Assembly: GCF_006345805.1 (NCBI RefSeq)
Contig: NW_021829454.1
Coordinates: forward strand, 1 to 6,134
Length of the DNA: 6,134 nucleotides
Direction: 5' to 3'
Source of the DNA: Octopus sinensis
Lineage: Eukaryota
In this document: positions 1-6,134 of the stretch, in pieces
Position numbering within the stretch: position 1 is the stretch's first letter
How the letters are laid out: every line of letters starts with the position of its first letter
The notes under the pieces: generated by a model
Seen by the model: only the letters and a program-made list of their open reading frames with translations
Database searches by the model: none
What the model was told of the DNA's origin: nothing
Position numbers and translations under genes: made by a program

Positions 1-745
1 GATTGAACATCCTACTTCATTGGACTTGCATCTTAACTACTTTCCAAACTATCAGTACTTCCCTTCATCCACATACCACTGGATCTTCGTACTCTTTTGG
101 ACTCTACCTTCATGGATCACACTGGCTATTTTCATTGATATATACATACGCGAATACACACATACAATGACCGCTTTGGCATAACGATGATCTGCAATTG
201 TATTTGAGCCGGGTTCGTAACTTTGATTTGATTTCTGTCTTTTTATCCAACTATTCACACAAACTACTAACCAGCTGGATGATGAATTCAACTTCTAATA
301 TATTTCCCAATTTACTAGAGCGAATACTGCTCACCACCTAAAGACAATTTCTATAATTACAAACAGTGATGCAGAAAATGCTAGCATTTGATATTTGATT
401 GATTTTTAGTTGTTTCAAATAATTACTAAAAATTGATAACGTAGATGGAAGCCCAGCATATATATTTTGTTATGTAACGTATTCAACGGTTCCCATATGA
501 CTCAAACTAAGTATATCTCTACGAAAGCTAATTGCATTGTTTATCAGCTGATCAGCTATGTAAGTTGTGTAAATGATGCGAGTTATGTGAATAATTTAAT
601 AGTTTATGAGTTATGGAAGATTTTAGAGGAGATGGCAAATAGCGGTCGTAAAGTAACACTTATGGAAACGAATCGTTGTTAACCTGCAGACTGGTTGCTG
701 CTTTTTGGAAGAATTCTCAACGTTTATGCTAGCTTTCATTCCTTA

Positions 746-907
746 TGTGTGTGTTTATGTGTGTGAGTGTGTGTGTGTGTGTGTGTGTGTAACTAAATAT
801 ATATTTTGTGCCTGTATACATACATACATACATACATACACACACAACAAACACACACACACACACACACATATACATACATACATATATATGAGTGTTT
901 GTGAGTG
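746..907. repeat. Compound microsatellite: (TG)n, (TACA)6, (CA)n, (TA)-rich
   Basis: Read directly: imperfect TG run 746-790 (pure (GT)12 at 767-790), (TACA)6 817-840, (AC)10 851-870, TA/CATA mix to about 892. Confidence 0.95.
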
Positions 908-1003
908 TGCTTGGATGTGTATAAGTTTATGTTTATGAATGCATACGCTTATACATTTAATTAGATGAATACGTTGATACACGTTTCTGTGATGCATGCA
1001 TAC

Positions 1004-1152
1004 ATGTATGTATGTATGTATGTATGTATGTATGTATGTATGTATGTGTATGTATGTATGTATGTATGTATGTGTGCATGAGTGCATGTATATATATATA
1101 TATATATACGAACCTGTCTACCTCGTTCTGTCTGTATATATATATATATATA
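1004..1152. repeat. Compound microsatellite: (ATGT)n followed by two (TA)n arrays
   Basis: (ATGT)n 1004-1073 with one interruption near 1046; (TA)10 1089-1108; (TA)9 1135-1152. Confidence 0.95.
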
Positions 1153-1351
1153 AGAAGCTGTCTTACATTAACACAGGTTCCTGCCATCCAGCCATAGTGT
1201 TCAGGAACCTGATTAAGGCCGTCAGCAGGAGAATCTCCAGCTTATCTTCAAGCAAAGAGATCTTTGATGTTGCCGCCCCTTACTACAACTAGACTCTGGC
1301 TGCCAGTGGTCGGTCAAGGATAGCATTAGTTACATGCCAGACCCTAATCCA
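1153..1351 (+). pseudogene. PLE reverse transcriptase C-terminal (thumb) remnant
   Basis: KKLSYINTGSCHPAIVFRNLIKAVSRRISSLSSSKEIFDVAAPYYN*TLAASG (in-frame TAG 1290-1292), then a frameshift near 1311-1315 into KDSISYMPDPNP. This resembles the PLE thumb pattern YIN..S.HP..I......I.RRIS.LSS..E.F..AA..Y..AL..SGY as I recall it; not verified by alignment. Confidence 0.8.
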
Positions 1352-1356
1352 TAGGA

Positions 1357-1701
1357 CTCAATGGACAACCGAGCGTGCGGGATTATGTGGCGGCAATGGA
1401 AGGCCTCATCAGAACCCGCTTTAACTATCACAAGTCCTCCTTCAACATTCCGAAGAGACGTAACTCCACAACCCTAGTCAAGCACGTCCGTCTTTGAAAG
1501 AAAGCACAACAAAGTACAGCATAAAGTGGAAGATCCTGAAGAAATAGCAACAGGAAGTGCAGGTTATGCCTGGCTAAGAAGAGAGCAATTTTAAAGGGTA
1601 CCCAACGCCCGGATGTTTACCTGAATAGCAGGAGTGAGTTGTTTAATCCTTGCCCACATGAAAAGAAGTACTTTCTATCATACCTACACGCCTCACCATG
1701 A
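1357..1701 (+). pseudogene. PLE GIY-YIG endonuclease remnant (second half of domain)
   Basis: Three frame segments: LNGQPSVRDYVAAMEGLIRTRFNYHKSSFNIPKRRNSTTLVKHV (1357-1488), SLKESTTKYSIKWKILKK (1491-1544), SNRKCRLCLAKKRAILKGTQRPDVYLNSRSELFNPCPHEKKYFLSYLHASP* (1546-1701, TGA 1699-1701). Matches the PLE endonuclease pattern YIG...R...H...F.....ST.LS.H.W.LK......I.W.IL...C.LC..EK...LN.R.E...C.H..K. Here YIG reads YVA and the expected catalytic Glu reads Lys (AAG 1576-1578). Confidence 0.82.
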
Positions 1702-2204
1702 CTGCAATCACAGGTCCCCGGCCTCGACCTTCCCCCAATGCCCTCGGACCCGGCAAAGAGTTTGACCAAAGCACACACCAATGCACCCATGTACACACAC
1801 GCACACGCCTATAAGGCAGACACCCCACAAAACAGATCTTCCACCCCTCCTCAACATATACCTCTTTCACACACATTGTAACCCTACACATATATAGACC
1901 CCCCCACACACATTGTACACCGCATGCTAACATAACCCCACTACGATCTTATCTTTTACAGAAAGAAAACAGACCAACGAACACAGCTATATATACCTGT
2001 ACCCCCACTACACGTATCACACACCCTATCCCCACAAACACTTCAAAATAAATCTTACCGGCCTCACAGCACACCGAACCAAGGGACATAGCTCGTAGCC
2101 TAATCTCCTGAACATTTTTCGTTTCATCACCTTTTTCACAGCAGCCGCTGACCGGGTGTGTTAATCCACCTCCCACAATAGAGAGCAGTCGCTATATTCC
2201 TTTG

Positions 2205-2307
2205 CACACTGGTTAACTCTGATGAACGCAAGGTTATATAATCGGATTGCTACCTAACACTCCAATGTATTCCGTGCGCGAAACCGATTAGTAAGATCAG
2301 CCGTGTG
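2205..2307 (+). ncRNA. Type I hammerhead ribozyme motif (degenerate), PLE-associated
   Basis: Core CTGATGA 2219-2225. Stem II: CGCA 2227-2230 pairs with TGCG 2275-2278, extended by GG/CC. GAAA 2280-2283, C 2284, loop CGATTA 2285-2290, cleavage triplet GTA 2291-2293. Stem I: CACACTGGTTAACT 2205-2218 pairs imperfectly with AGATCAGCCGTGTG 2294-2307. The stem II closing pair is A2226/C2279 rather than the canonical G-C. Confidence 0.75.
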
Positions 2308-2340
2308 ATATATAAAGAAACTATACATTTCGGATGATAC

Positions 2341-2356
2341 ATATATATATATATAT

Positions 2357-2388
<32 letters not shown>

Positions 2389-2395
2389 ATATATA

Positions 2396-2439
<44 letters not shown>

Positions 2440-2449
2440 TTTATATATA
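2341..2449. repeat. Long interrupted (TA)n microsatellite
   Basis: About 110 bp of (AT)n with a few interruptions (TT doublets, GTAC at 2397-2400). It separates the PLE 3' end from the SINE 3' end. Confidence 0.95.
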
Positions 2450-2662
2450 ATCGCGTGACCGACCAGCATATCAGATGTTGCTACACATCGGTGGTCACAA
2501 TGCGCTTCGTATTGTTTTAGCCTTCAAATGACGCCACCCCACTGGCTACGATGCAGGCCAACAGAAGAAAGTGTGAGAGAAAGTGTTTTCGCTCAATAAA
2601 CACTCACAACACCCGGTCTGGGAATCGAAACCGCTGCCCTAACCACTGGGTCATTGCGCCTC
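2450..2662 (-). mobile_element. tRNA-derived SINE, internally deleted; resembles octopus tRNA-derived SINE families
   Basis: The minus strand starts GAGGCGCAATGACCCAGTGGTTAGGGCAGCGGTTTCGATTCCCAGACCGGG, a tRNA-like 5' arm with A box and T-loop/B box. A unique body follows and the 3' end runs into (TA)n. The family resemblance (octopus OK/OR1/OR2-type SINEs) is from recollection only. Confidence 0.8.
2621..2653 (-). promoter_or_regulatory. Internal RNA polymerase III promoter: A box (2643-2653) and B box (2621-2631)
   Basis: Minus-strand TGACCCAGTGG matches A-box TRGCNNARYGG at 10 of 11 positions; GTTTCGATTCC matches B-box GGTTCGANTCC at 10 of 11. Only 11 nt separate them. Confidence 0.7.
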
Positions 2663-2663
2663 T

Positions 2664-2756
2664 CACACACACACATACAAGTATATGTATATATATATAT
2701 GTATGTATGTATGTATATATATATATGTATGTGTGTATGTATATGTATGTATCTAT

Positions 2757-2792
<36 letters not shown>

Positions 2793-2822
2793 ATATATAT
2801 ATATATATATATATATATGCAT
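2664..2822. repeat. Compound microsatellite (CA)/(TA)/(TATG)/(CT)14/(TA)13
   Basis: (CA) 2664-2675, mixed TA/TATG to about 2752, (CT)14 2761-2788, (TA)13 2792-2817. Confidence 0.95.
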
Positions 2823-3550
2823 ACTTATATGTATGCAAAGATGCATTTACCTATGTACACCTATGCACGTATATATGCATGCTTGTGTAAACGTGTAGTT
2901 ACATTCTTTCTATGTCTAATGGTACGGTTAAGTATGCAGTTACGAAATAAGATTAAAGGTCAATTTTTAAAAATCATTTGCTATAATCAAATATACTCAT
3001 TTATGACGTATTTTTTTCTGGTACGCATGAACGACTTTTCAGGAAATAACAAGGTTGTTTGAATGCACGACGTTATACTATTTGCTGTTTGTTCTACTGA
3101 TCAGTAATAACTAATGTCGATCTCAGAAGAAATTGAACTCTGAACTGAAGAGAAATTAAACTAAATACTATAACAGGCTGTTATGAAACTGTTAAGAAAG
3201 ATGCAGAAATCTTTATCATAAAAGCTCATTCTATTTCAGATACATTGACAGTGAAACTAATCTGTCACAGCGTGACACCAGCAGCTAAGATCATTACTGA
3301 CAAAGCAAAACAGTTTAACAACGGCATAGAAGATAGTATAGGGGGAAGATGACGAGATGGGTTCCTACAGGGTGAATACAGCAGACATAATTCCAATCAG
3401 GAAGCCGATTGGCACGATAATAACGTTTAGCGAAGCTAGAGCATATTGCTTTATTGTAAAGTTTGTACAACCACTAAAATGTTCTTAAGAAACAGTCTCC
3501 AGTATTTTCAAAATCTCCTAAAGATTTTATCCACCATTTGCTAATACAGT

Positions 3551-3552
<2 letters not shown>

Positions 3553-3588
<36 letters not shown>
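3553..3588. repeat. (AC)18 microsatellite
   Basis: Perfect dinucleotide run read directly. Confidence 0.97.
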
Positions 3589-3593
<5 letters not shown>

Positions 3594-4156
3594 TTATTTA
3601 AATATAAGAGATTCAATTTTTCAAACGAACATTAGAAAGTTCATCACAGATGTGTTTCGTCTGTACTCAGTATACCGCTGTTATTTCATTATATTTTCAT
3701 TGAAATTGCTTTTCTGTCACGAAACCAAGTTAATACAACACCAAATAAGTATCTATCGTTCCTACATTAGAAGCGTTTATAAACAACGGCTACCGACAGA
3801 ATTTGATGAATAATAATAATTGTACTAACTTCAACCAAACGCTCTTCAAAGTCTACTTGAGTGCAAATCTTACTGAGAATGTAAGAGAAACCATTGAGAG
3901 GAGAATTTCCACTATCGATTAAGTTATGTAAATAAATAAATGATATCTATGCTCTCCCGCAAATTGCAATCATACTTACTAATATTAAAATGTTCTTGTT
4001 TTATATTTCTAGAAGATGCATATAGAAATATGAATGATAACAAAATTCCTAAGATATTTATCATCCCCGCTCTCCACACTCTTTCTCATTTTCGTCTCTG
4101 TATATATATATATGGTTATTGTACACACATAAAAACAAACAATACACGCAGTTGCT

Positions 4157-4190
<34 letters not shown>
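4157..4190. repeat. (CA)2(CG)3(CA)12 microsatellite
   Basis: Read directly. Confidence 0.95.
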
Positions 4191-4265
4191 AAGATATAAA
4201 CACATAAACACATGTGTACTCTACGAGACTGCACGCATGTATGAATAGGTAGACACTCATATCTA

Positions 4266-4292
4266 TCAAGTCATCACATAAATTCTGTCCGA
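4266..4292 (+). repeat. Mariner terminal inverted repeat (3' end of element)
   Basis: TCAAGTCATCACATAAATTCTGTCCGA, preceded by TA; inverted relative to 5526-5552 with 5 mismatches. Confidence 0.9.
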
Positions 4293-4340
4293 ATTTTGAA
4301 TAAAGAAAACAAGTGATCAAATGTTATATTTAATTGAAAT

Positions 4341-5368
4341 TTAAGCATCAATGTACTTTCCCTGATCATCTATGACTTCCTTCCATCTATTTACAAGCTT
4401 TTTATCCTATCAATGTAAAACTCTTTTGGTTTCAAAGCGAAGAACTCTGAAATGTCAGTTTCGACCTCCTCCTGGCTTGAGAAAGTTATGTCCCCCAAAT
4501 GATTCTGTAAACTACGAAACAAATGATAGTCTGAAGGAGCAAGGTCGGGAGAATAAGGTGGATGAGGATTTTTTTCCCAACCAAGCTCTTCGATCTTCTG
4601 TGATGTGATCTTTGCAGTGTGGGGTCGCACATTGTCCTGATGAAACATCACTCCTTTTCGATTCACTAAAGCGGGTCTTTTTTTATTCAAAGCTTGGTTC
4701 AAACGCTCTATTTGCTGACAGTAGACTTGAGCATAGATTGTTGCATTAGGTAGTAATAATTCAAAGTGAATTACTCCTTTGCAATCCCACCAGATAGAGA
4801 GAAGAACATTTTCACTATGAAGTTGCCATCTCGGTTGTGGTTGGGCTTTTTCCCTTTTACCAAGCCACTCTTTACGACGCTTAACATTTCGATAGAAGAT
4901 CCACTTTTCGCCACCAGTCACAAGTCTATCCAAAAAGGGTTAAAGGAGTTCGCAAGAATGGAGAGAAGAGCAGATGTCAACTCGGGATTTGCGGTTGCTT
5001 TGAGACAATTCATGAGACACCTATTTTCCAAGTTTAGGAACTTTTCCAAGTTGTTGAAGATGACGATGAACAGCTTCTTAGTTTGAACTAAGCTTTATTG
5101 CCAACTCTTCAACTAATAATGCAGGATTTTCTTCAAGTAATGCGTCAAAGAGCTTATCATCAAACTCAACTTGACGTCCTGTTCGATCTTCCTCTTCAAG
5201 TCTGAAATCACGACTTCTGAATTTTGCAAACCATCTTCTGCAAGTTCTTTCATTCAAGCATTCTTTCCCAAAAACTGAGTGTATGTTTCGAGTCGCTCCG
5301 GCTGCAGAGTTTCCTTTTTTGTACTCATAAAGCATTATGTGCCTCAAATACTTTTTGGATACTTCCAT
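4341..5368 (-). pseudogene. Mariner transposase pseudogene (about 342 aa when restored)
   Basis: ATG at 5368 (MEVSKKYLRHIMLYEYKKG..., HTH region). The frame continues through three in-frame stops (5078-5080, 5021-5023, 4940-4942); the WVPHEL linker reads *VSHEL. Catalytic triad: TG[D>G]EKW (GGC 4910-4912), HQDN (4634-4636), YSPDLAPSDY (4529-4531), with 34 residues between the last two Asp. A 1-nt deletion in the A run at 4399-4403 shifts the tail LVNRWKEVIDDQGKYIDA* (TAA 4341-4343). Confidence 0.95.
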
Positions 5369-5525
5369 GTTAGAAGGGGTTTTAATCAAATAAATTTTAA
5401 TTCTATTATTCTGTAAAATAATATTTAATTAGTTTAAATGTACATAAATGCAAAAAAATAATTTTTAATTCCATTAGACATTCTAAAATACTATTAAATT
5501 TCATTCAATTTCAAAAAAGGTAAAA

Positions 5526-5552
5526 TCGGACAAAACTTATGGGATGACCTAA
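5526..5552 (-). repeat. Mariner terminal inverted repeat (5' end of element)
   Basis: Minus strand TTAGGTCATCCCATAAGTTTTGTCCGA, flanked by TA. It begins TTAGGT, as the Hsmar1 TIR does. Confidence 0.92.
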
Positions 5553-5570
5553 TATATGTATACATCCATG

Positions 5571-5604
<34 letters not shown>

Positions 5605-5634
5605 TGTATGTATGTATGTATGTATGTATGTATG

Positions 5635-5665
<31 letters not shown>

Positions 5666-5763
5666 GTGTGTGTGTATATATATATGTGTAAGTGTGTGTG
5701 TATACATATATATATACATATATACGTGATCTGATCGTGTGATCGTGTGCATATATATATATA
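5553..5763. repeat. Compound microsatellite (TATG)16, (TG)n, (TA)n
   Basis: (TATG)16 5575-5638, (TG)12 5639-5662, then mixed TG/TA to about 5763. Confidence 0.95.
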
Positions 5764-5907
5764 TGGAGGGTGGGGATAGATAAATACGTATATATGCGTG
5801 TGCATATGTTAGTGTATACATACTAGACAGCTACCACACACTCGCATACACACGTCAGTTCTACAAAATACAGAAACGGTATGAATACAAATTTTCATAC
5901 ACCTGTG

Positions 5908-5943
5908 TATATATACACACACACCTATATACACACTCACACA

Positions 5944-5985
<42 letters not shown>
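5908..5985. repeat. Compound (TA)/(CA)n microsatellite
   Basis: Imperfect CA run of about 5915-5975 flanked by TA runs. Confidence 0.93.
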
Positions 5986-6134
5986 ATGTATATACATTGA
6001 TGCAATAACTCACGCACGAACATATTATATAGATATAAAGTTATTAGTGAAATAAAAAAGTAAAAAATACACAAATATGAAAATAAAATCATAACTGTTA
6101 ACTAGGGTACGTAGCTTCTCTTACCATCTGTACA

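Larger units (their letters stand above)
1153..2340 (+). mobile_element. Penelope-like retroelement (PLE), 5'-truncated, internally deleted and decayed; RT thumb + C-terminal GIY-YIG + 3' UTR/pseudo-LTR with hammerhead motif
   Basis: Manual translation gives PLE-type RT thumb and GIY-YIG C-terminal motifs, followed by about 500 nt of non-coding sequence and a CTGATGA...GAAA hammerhead core on the same strand. Bounded by (TA)n on both sides. The ends are approximate. Confidence 0.82.
4266..5552 (-). mobile_element. Full-length mariner (DD34D, Tc1/mariner superfamily) DNA transposon, inactive
   Basis: 1287 bp between TA dinucleotides (4264-4265 and 5553-5554). TIRs TCAAGTCATCACATAAATTCTGTCCGA and TTAGGTCATCCCATAAGTTTTGTCCGA match at 22 of 27 positions. 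Contains the complete decayed transposase reading frame. The length matches canonical mariners of about 1.29 kb. Confidence 0.96.

Noticed and set aside
1-300. Open frames at the window start (including ORF 52-291 on -) and a hydrophobic stretch on +
   Set aside because: No recognisable domain or splice pattern. It could be an old repeat remnant, but I cannot support a call.
546-557. 12-bp palindrome AGCTGATCAGCT
   Set aside because: Isolated, with no supporting context; compatible with chance.
705-1197. ORFs 705-938, 755-1087, 957-1187 and 1012-1197 from the track
   Set aside because: They are translations of TG/CA/TATG/TA microsatellites (CVCV, HTHT, MYVC, YIYI). Only the last roughly 47 codons of ORF 996-1292 are meaningful (PLE RT thumb).
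1643-2176. Minus-strand ORFs 1643-1933 and 1949-2176
   Set aside because: V/G/C-rich translations of the antisense C/A-rich PLE UTR; no domain recognised.
2611-2662. Functional tRNA gene
   Set aside because: No anticodon arm and no oligo-T terminator; it continues into a SINE body.
2551-3062. ORFs 2551-2898, 2654-2890 and 2685-3062
   Set aside because: They run through the SINE antisense strand and a compound microsatellite; no recognisable protein.
3230-3430. Possible host exon (acceptor-like CTATTTCAG at 3231-3239 on +; hydrophobic frames on -)
   Set aside because: Frames close quickly, there is no convincing donor site and the peptides are not recognisable.
3940-4248. ORF 3940-4248 with TACTAAT and TTTCTAG acceptor-like signals
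   Set aside because: No donor site or homology is evident and the ORF ends in a CA microsatellite. Such motifs are common in AT-rich DNA.
4637-4643. Additional CTGATGA hammerhead-like cores (4637-4643 on +, 1406-1412 on -)
   Set aside because: Neither has a stem II followed by GAAA and a cleavage triplet; both lie in transposase or endonuclease coding sequence.
4372-5086. Plus-strand ORFs 4372-4608 and 4766-5086
   Set aside because: Antisense shadows of the mariner transposase frame.
4341-5368. SETMAR / histone methyltransferase-like gene call
   Set aside because: Similarity would come only from the mariner domain. There is no SET domain, and the ORF sits between TIRs and is disabled.
5494-5997. 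ORFs 5494-5805, 5549-5821 and 5809-5997
   Set aside because: Microsatellite-derived low-complexity translations.

Overview
AT-rich, microsatellite-dense eukaryotic intergenic or intronic DNA with no host protein-coding exon that I can support. The SINE sequence and the compound (TA)/(TATG)/(CA) arrays suggest an octopus or other cephalopod genome; this is inference from recollection, not a search result. Three transposon fossils explain most of the informative sequence. (1) About 1153-2340 (+): a decayed, internally deleted 3' portion of a Penelope-like retroelement (RT thumb plus C-terminal GIY-YIG endonuclease remnant, missed by the ORF track because of frameshifts), followed by a C/A-rich UTR that ends in a type I hammerhead-ribozyme motif (about 2205-2307), with (TA)n arrays on both sides. 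(2) About 2450-2662 (-): a tRNA-derived SINE with a collapsed tRNA head. (3) 4266-5552 (-): a full-length 1287-bp DD34D mariner with imperfect TIRs, TA flanks and an inactivated transposase. Most other ORFs in the track are translations of microsatellites.
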